Assembly: GCA_030390025.1 (NCBI GenBank)
Contig: CM059432.1
Span: 64,606,001 to 64,670,000, forward strand
From: Squalus acanthias
Taxonomy: Eukaryota
Reading direction: 5' to 3'
Length of the DNA stretch: 64,000 nt
In this document: piece after piece, positions 49,299 to 61,994 of the stretch
Layout of the letters: the number at the start of each line of letters is the position of its first letter
How positions within the stretch are numbered: the stretch's first letter is position 1
The notes under the pieces: model-generated
Seen by the model: the letters and a program-made list of their open reading frames with translations, nothing else
Databases searched by the model: none
Told to the model about the DNA's origin: nothing
Made by a program: the position numbers and the translations under genes

Positions 49299-49860
49299 GG
49301 TACCTGACCTACAGGCACTAAGGGATTGCATAAGATGATTAGTTCATATCGTTACTGTAAATATGTGTGAAGTGATTTTTGATAAATTGATTAATTTTGT
49401 TTGTAATCTTTTGTGGTATCTCTCATTTCAGCTTACGCCCAGGAGGATGTTGTGATATTCCGTGACAGAGGAATGGTATGATGGGGATGTGGTGAGCAAT
49501 GGGGATCTGGGGTTTCATTCATTGGAATCGGAGTCTGATGAGGCGTTCACGGACAGCCCGTCCGGAAGGGGGATTAGCTGCCTGCCTCCTCCCTCCCTCC
49601 TCATTCTCTTCCTCTTCCTCCTCCTCCTCCTCTCATTCATCCTCCTCCTGAGGTGGTCCCACAATCCCTGGTGGCAAGGGCTGCGCCCTCATGATGGTCA
49701 AGTTGTGAAGCATGCAGCAGACCACCACAAAATGGGACACCCACTCCAGCGTGTATTGGAGGGCTCCTCTCGATTCGTCAAGGCAGCGGAACCTTTGCTT
49801 CAGTAGCCCGATGGTCTGCTCGATGATGTTCCTGGTGGAAGCATGGCTTCATTATATGAG

Positions 49861-49959
49861 ATAACAACAGAAAACGCTGGAAAAACTCAGCAGGCCAGGC
49901 AGCATCCATGGAGAGAGAAAGAGAGTTAACGTTTCAGGTCGATGACCTTTCATCAGAAC
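49861..49959 (-). mobile_element. Penelope family-2 solo pLTR fragment inserted in the transposase
   Basis: Matches 58650-58748; imperfect flanking repeat CATTATATGAG / CATTATGAG. Confidence 0.8.
49925..49959 (-). ncRNA. Minimal hammerhead ribozyme motif (family 2)
   Basis: GUU-CUGAUGA-A-AGGUC(auc)GACCU-GAAA-CG-UU-AAC, with palindromic AACGUU. Confidence 0.83.
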
Positions 49960-51509
49960 ATTATGAGTGCTGGGTACAAGTGTTGGGGTTGCAGAGGGGA
50001 GTCATGAGCCAGGTGGAGAGCGGATAGCTCTTGTCTTCCAGCAGTCACCTTCGAGTTTGCTGTGGTGGCTGGAAGATTGCTGGCACACCGGACTGACACA
50101 GGATGAAGGCATTAAGGCTGCTGCCAGGATAGCGGGAATTGACCATCATAAAGCACTGCGCGAAATCCCACACCAACTGCACATTAAGAGAGTGGTAGCC
50201 TTTGCGGTTACGGAAGATCTCAGGATTATTATACGGCACCCGCAAAGCCACGTGTGGGCAATCGATGGCGCCCTGCACCATGGGGAAGCCTGCTATCCTA
50301 GCAAAGCCACATGCGCGCAGCCTGCTTCTCTCTGTTCAGAGAGACGACAATGTAATCCCTTCTCCTGGTGTAGAGAGCCTCAGTGACCTCCCGGCTGCAG
50401 CGATGGACAGCGAACTGTGAGATGTTAGTTACGTCTCCTGCTGCAGACTGGAAAGATCCACTGGCGAAGAAATTGAGGATCACAGAACTCTGCCACCTCC
50501 TGCAACCAGACCTTGACTGGGAGAGCCGTGTTCGCCCTGCTCTCAGGCTGCAGGTCTGGTTGCAGGAGGTGGCAGAGTTCTGTGACCTCCTCCTTGGTGA
50601 AGCATAGCCTCCTAATACACTGCTCTTCACTTAAATGGATATAAGAGAAGTGCTCTCGGAAGACCCTAGGTGAGTAAGGCCTCCTGTGGAGAGCCCCCCC
50701 GGCCCTCCTCCTCCTCCCTTTGCGCGCATTTTCTTGTCTTTGCTCCCTCCGCTCCCTCTCCTGAAGATATTCGAGCGCGAGGGGGATTGCCAGTAAAGCC
50801 CCATCACTGTGGGCAAGTGCTGTGAGCAGAAGCTTCTAAATAAGAATGAAGGCGTTCTCCACTGGCCCCAACACTCCCGGTTACCTTAGAACCTTGCAAT
50901 AAGTTAATAAAGCTGCTGGAGTTGCAGAAAGTTGCACAGAGTCAGTCAAACTGAACAAACATGTCAGGTGCAAGTGATTGCAGATGATCCCTTTAAATAC
51001 CGCTGTTGGAGCCTCCTTCCTGCTTGTCAACGCTTGCTCTGCGCGCCGTACTTAAGGCATGCTGGTAAGTGGAGCGGCGAAGTCCAAACTTGCAGATCGG
51101 TTGTCACGATCTGCTTCATTTCAATGATTTTCGTGATCGCTTCTATCGGCAGCACTGCCGGCCATCTGAAAATGGTGGCCACCGCAGGACCCGCCGCCAG
51201 CTGGCGGAAGCGTGCCAGCCGCCATTTTTTCACCCAATTATGGTGGCAAAGGGTGGCGATAAACCGCCTAATTTCTAGGCCTGAGTCTTCTGATGCACTG
51301 ATTGGCTGCTAAGCCAGCTTGATGACATCACTGTTGCTAGACACTGAGGATTCGCTTGATTTGGTGCCAGATTCAAGCAAAGGTCGGGACAGCTGAAATT
51401 GATACCACAGAGATCGCGAGATCTTTGTCGGCAGCTTTCTTCGAGGTCAGCACCGAGCACCGTCACTTCGCCGCTGACCGCAAATTCCGGTGTTTTTAAA
51501 GTAGAAAAA

Positions 51510-52250
51510 TGTCCCAAGATGCTTTGTAGAGGAACAATGAAAGAAAATCAACGCTGAGCCCAAAAAGGAGATATTAGGAGGAGTGACCGAAAGCTTGGTA
51601 AAGAAAATTGGGTTTTAAGGAAGTTCTAAAAGGAAGATAGGGAGGAAAGAGACAGAAAGTGTCAGGAAGGGAATTCCAGAGTATGCGGTAAAAGCCGCTA
51701 ATGGCAGGAACGTTAGAGTTCATGGAGGTGGCTTGTAGCATTAGAGGAGGCTAGCATATGGGCAGTGGAGATTTGGATGAGCTGAAGTTTCTGAAGGATG
51801 GAGGAAGGGAAGATTGGAGTCTGGAGGTGACAAAGGCATGGATGAGAGTTTCAGTGGCAGATAAGCTGAGGTTGGGGCAGAGGCGGGTGATGTTACAATA
51901 GGTGTTGGAAGTCGATGGTCTTTATGATGGAGAGGATAGGTTGAAAGAGCTCAACTCAGGTTCAAGTAGGACACCGAGGTTACAAACAGTCTGGTTCAGT
52001 CCGAGGCTAAGGTAAATGAGGAAGAGGAGCGAACAAAGGACAGACCCTTGGGGGACTTCTGAGATGATGGTGTTGTGTGAGAAGAGAAGCTATTGCTAGA
52101 GATGCTCTGCTATGCTCAGATAGGTAAGAGTGCAACCAAGTGAGTGCAGTCCTACCAAGCTGGACAACAGAGGATGGTATAGTCAACTATGTGGAAGGCT
52201 GCAGAGGTTAAGGAGGGCAAGGAGGGATAATGCATCAGCATTGTCTCATC
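51510..52250 (-). mobile_element. Degenerate L2 LINE fragments
   Basis: Patchy similarity to 26340-27020 (e.g. CTGGAGGTGACAAAGGCATGGATG). Confidence 0.6.
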
Positions 52251-52505
52251 TCACTCTATCTCGCCACCTGCGAGCACTGGTCTACACTGACAGCACTAGG
52301 TCATGGAATTGTTTCTGCTCACTTTTCAATCTAATGGTGTAGCTGCAGAATTCTGCGTCAGTTCATCTTTAATAACCTTTAACAGGCTTTATCTAATTAC
52401 ATTTTACTATTTTTTCACTTTGGCCTTTTTTTCTCCTCTGGGGGAGCAAGAAAAAGAAAGACTTGTATTTATATAGTGCCTTTAATGACCTCAAGACATC
52501 CCAAA

Positions 52506-54508
52506 GTCAAAGGAGGAAGCTTATAAAGTTGCCAGAAAAAGCGGTCAACCTGAGGATTGGGATCTTTTTAGAAATCAGCAAAGAGGGACCAAGAAATTGA
52601 TAAAGAAAGGGAAAATGGAATATGAGCACAAAATGGCGAAAAATATAAAAACGGATTGTAAAAGCTTCTATAGGTATGTGAAAAGGAAAAGACTGGTGAA
52701 GGTAAATGTAGGTCCTTTACAGTCAGAGACGGGATAATTTATAATGGGGAATGAGGAAATGGCGGAGAAATTAAATAAATACTTTGTTTCTGTCTTCACG
52801 GAGGAAGACACAAAAAACCTTCCAGAAATACGAGAAAACCAAGGGTGTGGCGAGAATGAGGAACTTAAAGAAATTATTATTAGTAAAAAAACAGTACTAG
52901 CAAAATTAATGGGACTAAAAGTCGATAAATCTCAAGGACCGGATGACATACACCCTATGGTTTTGAAAGAGGTGGCCTTTGGGATAGTGGACGGATTGGT
53001 TGTCATCTTCCAAAATTCTATAGATTCTGGAACGGTTCCTGCAGATTGGAGGATAGCAAATGTAACCCCGCGATTTACGAAAGGAGGGAGAGAGAAAACA
53101 CAGAACTATAGACCTGTTAGCCTCACATCAGTAGTTGGAAAAATGCTGGAATCTATTATAAAGGATGCAATAACTGGACACTTAGAAACTAATAGTAAGA
53201 TTGGGCAGAGTCAACATGGATTTATGAAAGGGAAGTCCTGTTTGACAAACCTATTGGCGTTCTTTGAGGATGTAACTAGTGGAGTAGACAAAGGGGAACC
53301 GGTAGATGTGGTGTATTTGGATTTTCAGAAGGCCTTCGATAAGGTCCCACACAAGAGGTTGGTGAACAAAATTAGGGCACATGGAATTGGGGGTAAACTA
53401 CTAGCATGTATTGAGAATTGGTTAACAGACAGAAAACAAAGAGTAGGGATAAACGGGTCTTTTTCAGGATGGCAGGCTGTGACTAGTGGGGTACCGTAAG
53501 GATCGGTGCTTAGGCCCCAGTTATTCACAATCTATATCAATGATTTGGATGAGGGTACTAAATGTAACATTTCCAAATTTGCTGATGACACAAAGCTAGG
53601 TGGCAGTGTCAGTTGCGAAGAGGATGTGAAGAGGCTTCAAGGGGATCTCGACAGGCTCAGTGAGTGGGCGAGAACAGGGCAGATGGATTATAATGTGGAT
53701 AAATGTGAAGTTATCCACTTTGATAGAAAAAACAGAAAGGCAGAGTATTTCCTAAATGGTGAAAGATTGGGGAATGCAGATGCTCAAAGGGACCTGGGTG
53801 TCCTTGTACATCAGTCACTGAAAGTGAATGTGCAGGTGCAGCAAGCCATTAGGAAGGCAAATGATATGCTGGCCTTCATTACAAGAGGATTTGAGTACAG
53901 GAGTAAAGAAGTCTTACTCCAATTATATAGGGCCTTGGTGAGACCACACCTGGAGTACTGTGTACAATTTTGATCTCCTTACCTAAGGAAGGATATACTT
54001 ACCATAGAGGGAGTGCAACGAAGGTTCACGAGATTGATTCCTGGGATGGCGGGACTTTCGTATGAGAAGAGATTGAGTAAACTAGGCCTGTATTCTCTTG
54101 ATTTCAGAAGAATGAGAGGGGATCTCATTGAAGCATACAAAATTATTACAGGGCTTGATAGGGTGGATGCTGGGAGAATGTTTCCCTTGGCTGGGGAGTC
54201 TAGAACCAGGGACCAGAGCCTCAGGATAAAAGGTAGGCCATTCAGGACTGAGATGAGAAGAAATTTCTTCACACAGAATCTTTGGAATTCTCTACCCCAG
54301 AGGGCTGTGGAGGCTCAGTCATTTGGGTATATTCAAAACAGAAGTCGATAGATTTCTGACTAGTAAGGGCATCAAGGGATATGCCGATAGGGCCGGTGAA
54401 TGGAGTTGAGGCAGAAGATCAGCCATGATCTCATTGAATGGCGGAGCAGGCTCGAAGGGCCAAATGGCCCAGTCCTGCTCCTATTTCTTATGTTCTTATG
54501 TTTTTATG
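52506..54508 (+). mobile_element. CR1 LINE, 5'-truncated ORF2 with stops
   Basis: NYRPVSLTSVVGK, VYLDFQKAFDKVPH, KFADDTKLGG, LYRALVRPHLEYCVQF, (TTCTTATG)n tail. Confidence 0.94.
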
Positions 54509-54978
54509 ACCTCTCTGTCTTCGGCCTCTTATACTGTTCCAACAAAGCTTATCGTAATCTCGAGGAACAGCACCTCATCTTTTGATTAGGCACTTTACAG
54601 CATTCTGGACTCAACATCGAGTTCAACAATTTCAGACCATAACCTCTGTTCCTATTTTTTTGGGTTGGCAGCTGTTGATGATTCTGCTATTCCCATTTAC
54701 ACCTCTTGTAAACCTATCTTTTTTTCCTTTACTTGTCCTTTTGCCTCGCACCATCAGCCCTTTTGTCTTTTAAACTCTCCTGCCTTCTGCCCTATCGCAG
54801 ACCTTGCCTTTTGTTCTTTCCTCCCTGCCCCCCTTTCTCTGCCTCTCCACTTGCCTAAAATGTGTTGCATCTCTAACTTTTTTCAGTTCTTCCGAATGAT
54901 CATCGACCTGAAACAGTTTCTCTCTCCACAGATGCTGCCTGACCTACAGAGTATTTCCAGCATTTTCTGTTTTTATTC
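54508..54978 (+). mobile_element. Penelope family-2 3' fragment (GIY-YIG C-terminus + UTR, hammerhead degraded)
   Basis: DLSVFGLLYC...LEEQHLIF*LGTLQHSGLNIEFNNFRP*, then pLTR tail GATGCTGCCTGACCT... Confidence 0.8.
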
Positions 54979-55308
54979 CTGATCAACATTCTTTGTTCAT
55001 TCAATACCATAAATAAGATTTACTGATCATTCATCTCATTTACTGTTTGAGGGAATCTTGCTGTGTGCAAAATGGCTGTCATGTTAACCTACATACTAAT
55101 TAGTTAAAATGAAGCACTTTGAGATGTGATAAACTGTTACATGAATAAAAGTTTTTTGAAATAGCCATTTTCTAGAATAATATAATTATTTTTGGATGCA
55201 GAATACACATATGTCTGCTTTAGCACACATCACAACATCAGTGCTACAATGAGCAGTTACTCGAGTAATCAGCAACAGCTTCCCATTAGATCTGACATAT
55301 TGGATATT

Positions 55309-56052
55309 GGGCCGAAAATTGATCCCGGGACGCGAGAGTACGCACTGCATACTCTCGCGTATTCCCACTCCAATTGCCGGTTTTCTGCATGCCCTGCGCA
55401 TGCGCTGAAAACCGGCAATTGCTCTTCCGAAAAGGGGGCGGGGCCGGAGTGCATCGCGTGCGCGCTACAGGCTGCGCGCACGCTGTGCACTTCATGCTTT
55501 GGACGCGCAGGTAAGTACTGAAGATTTTGGAAATGTAAAAAGGAGGAGTAAGACCCGCTTTTAAGAAGGTAAGTAGTGAATTAAGTATTTTTTTGAATTT
55601 TTTTTTACAGGTATATCTTTTTTATAGACTTTAAAGACAGGTAAGTTTATTTTTATAACTTTTTAAAAGATTTTAAATTTTTTCAAAAATTTAATTTTTT
55701 ATTTAAAATGGTTAATTTAATTAACTATACTTATTTTATTAATGTGATGGGTTTTTTTTTAAATTTAATTGAGGTTTAGCTGTTATTTTGGGGGGGTGTA
55801 AGATTCATAAGTCTCTCAGCCATGCTGTGAGACTTATGAATGGAAGATGGTGTGCTGCCATTGGCTCTAACTGAGTCACGTGATCCCACAGCTCGCACGA
55901 ATTAACTACGCCGCTGGGATACGCAAGCCCAGCACAGCTGATGTCTGGAACATCAATTTCGTGCGAGCTGGATCAGAAAAAGCATAAGCGAGGTGAGACA
56001 TCGCGGGAAAGGCTTACCCCCGCGGGAACAGAGCGAGATCAATTTCTGGGCC
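55309..56052. mobile_element. Harbinger-type MITE with hairpins and clustered splice-donor motifs
   Basis: TIR GGGCCGAAAATTGATC / GATCAATTTCTGGGCC; flanks ATT/AAT. Confidence 0.8.
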
Positions 56053-56544
56053 AATATATATAGGATTTGTATGTACCACTGGGGACTATTAAAACAGCTA
56101 TGCAGACTGCTAATTACTTTAGTTAACATTCCACTGAATTTATCTGAGTAACCGAGCCAGGGAAGAATGTATTTCCTTTCACATTTTAATTGTAAACAGT
56201 AAAATCACTCAAACATACCATATGCAATATACGGCTAGATATGCGATTGCCCCTGAAAAGGGTTGCGGGATCAACCCATGCCCGTTCAAAGTAATGCAGG
56301 CAGCACTGCAACTTTGTGCTGCCTGCCGATTAACATGATTGTGACCTGCAGCCCAGCGCTAAACGCAGTACTGAGTGGCTGCACATTCAGCAGGGGGCCC
56401 AAGTTTGTGCAAGGCCAGCACTAATTAAAGCTAGTCTGCACTTCTTAAAGGCAGTCTGCACCTCTTCAAGGGGAGGTTCATTCTGTTGCAGCAGATGATT
56501 CAACTGGCTGGGGAACAGAGTGTTAACAAGAAAAAGTACTACTG

Positions 56545-57380
56545 ATGGCTCAACAGGGGAGAGATCATGCTCCAAGGTTCTCGGATGCAGCACTGGAGGC
56601 CTTGATGCAGGAGGTGGACAGGAGGAGAGAGGTCCTGTTTCCACAGGGGGTGAGGAGGCCCTCTAGGCAAATTTGGAAAAGGCAATGGGAGCAGATAGCC
56701 GTCATGGTCAATGCTGGCAGTTTAGCCCCGACTACCTGGATGCAGTGCAGGAAGAAGTTTAATGACCTCACATGAGTGGTCAAGGTCAGTGAATTCATCT
56801 TCAAATGCCATATCCCACCATCTCCACTACTAGCCTCGCACACTGCTCAATGCACCATACCCCCATCACTAACTAACAACAATCTCTGCCAAACATGACT
56901 CATATCTCACATTCAAAGCTTCACCTCACTCTCACACACTTACCACAGCTGCAAGCCTCACACCCACATTTCACAGCTTGCACACAATATCAGCTATTTA
57001 CCCATGATAGGCACATCACCCAAACAGATTGCACCATACTCACTGACACCCTTCCCTTTCTCTTGCAGGACAAGGTGGCTCACAGCAGGACCTAACTGGT
57101 GAGGGACAGGCGCGGCTGCATAAACTGACTCCGATGGAGGAGATGGAGCTAGTCATTATTGGGAGGGCCATTGCTGAGCCCATGGCCAGTGGCAAGGCTC
57201 AAACGATACAAGATGACGGTATCCTCATATGTAATCCTCCTTCTCACATCCCACTTCCCCCTCATCCCACAATCTCTTTTGATTTACAAGCTGCACATGG
57301 TGTAAGCATGCAGCTCTTGCTTCCCCCCCTCCCCTTACCACACCCTTACCTGTGCCTTTCTCCTTTCAGATACCCAAGAC
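56545..57380 (+). pseudogene. Harbinger Myb/SANT gene exons 1-2, disrupted
   Basis: MAQQGRDHAPRFSDAALEALMQEVDRRREVLFP...WMQCRKKFNDLT*; AAG|GTCAGT donor, TCTTGCAG| acceptor. Confidence 0.9.
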
Positions 57381-57382
57381 TG

Positions 57383-58271
57383 GTCAGTACCATTCACAAC
57401 TCCTCAGATAATGAAGCAGTCCATGCCCGCATGCAACAAGACCTGGACGACGTTCAGGCCTGTGTTGATAAGTGGCAGGTAACATTCGCACCACACAAGT
57501 GCCAGGCAATGACTATCTCCAACAAGTGAGAGTCTAACCACCACTCCTTGACATTCAATGGCATTACCATCGCCAAATCCCCCACCATCAACATCCTGGG
57601 GGGTCACCATTGACCAGAAACTTAACTGGATCAGCCACATAAATACTGTGGCAACTAGAGCAGGTCAGAGGCTGGGTATTCTGTGGCAAGTGTCTCACCT
57701 CTTGACTTTCCAAAGCCTTTCCACCATCTACAAGGCACAAGTCAGGAGTGTGATGGAATACTCTCCACTTGCCTGGATGACTGCAGTTCCAACAACACTC
57801 AAGAAGCTCAACACCATCCAAGACAAAGCAGCCCGCTTGATTGGCACCCCATCCACCACCTTAAACATTCACTCCCTCCACCACTGGCGTACCATGGCTG
57901 CAGTATGTACCATCTACAAGATGCACTGCAGCAGCTCGCCAAGGCTTCTTTGGCAGCACCTCCCAAACCCACAACCTCTACCACCTAGTAGGACAAGGGC
58001 AGCAGGCGCATGGGAACACCATCACCTCCAAGTTCCCCTTCAAGTCACACACCATCCTGACTTGGAAGTATATCGCTGTTCCTTCATCGTCGCTGGGTCA
58101 AAATCCTGGAACTCCCTCCCTAACAGCACTGTGAGAGTACCTTCACCACATAGACTGCAGCGGTTCAAGAAGGCGGCTCACCACCACCTTCTCAAGGGCA
58201 ACTAGGGATGGGTAATAAATGCTGGCCTTGCCAGCGACGTCCACATCCCAGGAACGAATAATAAAAAAAAA
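57383..58271 (+). mobile_element. Zenon-like CR1-group LINE, 5'-truncated
   Basis: Very similar to 19200-20070; A-rich tail. Confidence 0.9.
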
Positions 58272-58647
58272 TTAAACTTTCCAGTAAGTTCATCACAATC
58301 TTTATTGAACCCCCTTGGGAATTTGTTTCTTTCACAGAATTAATCCACTTTGAAAACAAGAAATAATTAATGACTTATATGTCCTTACTATAAACTGTAA
58401 CCAATTATTCACCAGTACCACACACATTAAACAATAAAGGTCAGAGTACTGACATACATGAGGACAACTGCAGTGAAATTAAGTTTCCATTAAAGCCCCA
58501 ATTTTCTAAATCCAGGTACGGTCGGGTTGTGCACACTCATTATGCGTGTGATTCTGCACATGGAGCTGGATTTCCCAAGTTAGGCTCAAGGCCAGTATGA
58601 ATGGCTTCCTGTGCATGGAAAATATGGGCAGGGAGTGGAACTGCTTT

Positions 58648-59113
58648 AATAAAAACAGAAAATGCTGGAAATACTCAGCAGGTCAGGCAGCGTCTGTGGA
58701 GAGAGTAACAGAGTTAACGTTTCAAGTCGATGACCTTTCGTCAGAATTGGTAAAAGTTAGAGATGTAACAGATTTTAAGTAAGTGCAGGAGCAGGGAAAG
58801 GGGGAAGGGAGGAAAGAACAAAAGGAAAGATCTGTGATAGGGTGTAAGGCAGGAGAGATTAAATGACAAAAGGGATGATAGGACAAAGCAAAAGGAGATA
58901 GTAATGGGACAACTAAAGAAACAAAGGATGAGTCAAGAAGAGGCGTAAATAGGAATGGCAGAATCATCAACAGCTGCCATGTGAAAAAATAGGGGCAGAG
59001 GTTATGGTCTGAAAACGTTGAACTCGATGTTTAGTCCAAAAAGCTGTAAAGTGTCGATTTGAAAGATGAGGTGCTGTTCCTCGAGCTTATGTTGAGCTTC
59101 ACTGGAACAGTGT
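58648..59113 (-). mobile_element. Penelope family-2 3' fragment
   Basis: Minus strand LHCSSEAQHKLEEQHLIFQIDTLQLFGLNIEFNVFRP*, UTR homologous to 54600-54978. Confidence 0.82.
58712..58748 (-). ncRNA. Minimal hammerhead ribozyme motif (family 2)
   Basis: AAUU-CUGACGA-A-AGGUC(auc)GACUU-GAAA-CG-UU-AACU; G-U wobble in stem II, weakened stem I. Confidence 0.72.
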
Positions 59114-61660
59114 AGAATCATAGAATCATAGAATGGTTACAGCACAGAAGGAGGCCAGTCAGCCCGTCGAGCCCGTGCCGGCTCTCTGCAAGAGCACTTC
59201 GGCTAGTCCCACTCCCCACGCCCTTTCCCTGTAGCACTGCAAAATTTTTTTCTTCAGATACTTATCCAATCCACTTTTGAAAGCCACAATTGAGTCTGCC
59301 TCCACCAGCTTTCAGGCAGTGCATTTCAGATCATAACCACTCGCTGCGTAAAAAAGTTTTTCCTCATGTCGCCTATGGTTCTTCTGCCAATCATCTTAAA
59401 TCTGCATCCTCTGGTTCTCGACCCTACCGCCAATGGGAACAGTTTCTCTCTATCTACTCCGTCTAGACCCCTCATGATTTTTAACACCTCTCTCAAATCT
59501 GCTCTCAATCTTCTCTGCTCTAAGGAGAACACCAGCTTCTCCAGTCTATCCACATAACTGAAGTCCCTCATCCCTGGAACCATTCTTGTAAATCTTGTCT
59601 GCACTCTAAGGCCTTCACATCCTTCCTAAAGTGCAGTGCCCAGAATTGGACACAATACTCCAGTTGAGGCCGAATCAGTATACTCTATACCTCTATTTAT
59701 GAAGCCCAGGATCCCATATGCTTTTTTAACGACTTTCTCAACCTGCCCTGCCACCTTCAACGATTTGTGCACATATACCCCAAGGTCTTTCTGTTCATGC
59801 ACCCCCTTTAGAATTGTACCCTATAGTTTATATTGCCTCTCCTCATTCATCTTACCAAAATGTATCACTTTGCACTTTTCTGCATTAAATTTCATCTGCC
59901 ATGTGTCCACCCATTCCACCAGCCTGTCTATGTCCTTTTGAAGTCTATCACTATCCTCCTCACTGTTCACTATACTTCCAAATTTTGTGTCATCTGCAAA
60001 TGTTGAAATGGTGCTCTGTACACCCAAGTCCACATCATTAATATATATCAGGAAAAGCAGTTGTCCTAGTACCGACCTCTGGGAAACACCACTGTATAGC
60101 TTCCTCCATTCCGAAAAACAACCGTTCACCACTACTCTGTTTCCTGTCACTTAGCCAATTTTGTATTCATGCTGCCACTGTCCCTTATATCCCATGAGCT
60201 TCAACTTTGCTGGCAAGCCTATGATGTGGCACTTTATTAAACGCCTTTTGGAAGTCCATGTACACCACATCAACCGCATTGCCCTCATCGACCCTCTCTG
60301 TTACCTCATCAAAAAACTCAGTCAAGTTAGTTTTAAACACGATTTGCCTTTGACAAATCCATGCTGGCTTTCCTTTATTAATCCACACTTGTCTAAGTGA
60401 CTGTTAATTTTGTCCCAGATTATTGATTCTAAAAACTTCCCCACTACTGAGGTTAAAAATACTGGTCTGTAGTTGCTGGGTTTATCCTTACACCCTTTTT
60501 TGAACAAGGATGTAACATTCTCCAGTCCTCTGTACCACCCCTGTATTCAAGGAAGATTGGAAGATTATGGCCAGTACCTCCGCAATTTCCACCTTTACTT
60601 CCCTCAACATCCTAGGATGAATCCAATCTGGTCCTGGTGACTTAACTACTTTAAGTACAGACAGCCTTTTTAGTGCCTCCTCTTTATCAATTTTTATCCC
60701 ATCTAGTATCTCAACTATTTCCTCTTTCACTATGACTTTGGCAGCATCTTCTTCCTTGGTAAATACAGATGCAAAGTACTCATTTAGTACCTCAGCCATA
60801 CCCTCTGCCTCCATGCGTAGGTCTCCTTTTTGATCCCTAATCAGCCCCACCTCTTCTCTTACTACTCGTTTATATGCCTATAGAAGACTTTTGGATTCCC
60901 TTTTATGTTAGCTGCCAATCTATTCTCATACTCCCTCTTTGTCCCTCTTATTTCCTTTTTCACTTCCCATCTGAACTTTCTATATTCAGCCTGGTTCTCA
61001 CTTGTATTTTCAATCTGACATCTGTCATATGCCCCTTTTTCTGCTTCATCTTACTCTCTACCTCTTTCATCATCCAGGAAGCTCTGGCTTTGGTTGCCCT
61101 ACCTTTCCCCCTCGTGGGAATGTACCTCGACTGTACCCAAACCATCTACTCTTTAAAGGCAGCCCATTGTTTGATTACAGTTTTGCCTGCTAATCTTTGA
61201 TTCCACTTTACCTGGGCCAGATCCATTCTCATCCCACTGAAATTGGCCTTCCTCCAATTAAGTATTTTTACTCTAGATTGCTCCCTCTCCTTTTCCATAG
61301 CTAATCTAACCCTTATGATACTGTGATCACTGTTATCTAAATGTTCCCCTACAGACACTTGTTCTACTTGACCAACCTCATTCTCCAGAACCAGATCCAG
61401 CAATGGGCTGGAAACATACTGATCAAGAAAGTTCTCCTAAACACACTTCAGAAATTGTTCCCCCTCTCTGCCCTTTACACTATTACTATCCCAGTCTATA
61501 TTAGGATAGTTGAAGTCCCCCTTTATCACTACTCTATAGTTCTTGCACCTCTCTGTAATTTCCATGCAAATTTGCTCCTCTATATCCTTCCCACTAGTTG
61601 GTGGCCTATAGAATACACCTAGTAGTGTAATGGCACCTCTATTGTTTATCAACTCTAGCC
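59114..61660 (-). mobile_element. CR1 LINE, ORF2 endonuclease to 3' tail, disrupted
   Basis: LLGVFYRPP, GDFNYP, SDHSII, FADDTK, FFTQRVV; tail AGAATCATAGAATCAT on +. Confidence 0.94.
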
Positions 61661-61994
61661 TCACCTTTCTCCTCATGACACTTTAAATTCATCCTGTTTA
61701 TATTGGAAAGCCTGGAAAGCCTGTTGCTTCAAGACACAAAAAAGTTTGACTGTTAACCCTTAACTCCCCAAGATGTCCCCAACATACATCTCTCCAGGAT
61801 GTCCAACAATGCACGAGGGTGATTAGCTTAATTTTTGATGTAATATTGGATAGATTGATGTATAAAGTTAGATTGGAATGTTTGCTTTGTGGTGGATTTT
61901 ATTTCAGCATCGTGGCCAAGAGGAGACTTTGATGATCAGTAACAGAGGGAAGGTAAGGTGTGGGACTAATGTTGAATGGGGAACTGGGGTTGCG

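Larger units (their letters stand above)
49525..50804 (-). pseudogene. Harbinger transposase, disrupted
   Basis: LNFFASGSFQ, VQGAIDCPHV, RNRKGYHSLNVQLV, YPGSS, acidic tail. Confidence 0.9.
47612..51281. mobile_element. Harbinger (H7) lacking the Myb-side end: Myb exon 3 (+, ~47802-48820) and transposase (-)
   Basis: Terminus AATTTCTAGGCC (51270-51281); Myb and transposase homology to the other copies. Confidence 0.85.

Noticed and set aside
54880..54920. Functional hammerhead in this family-2 copy
   Set aside because: The CUGANGA core and the cleavage-site region are mutated or deleted.
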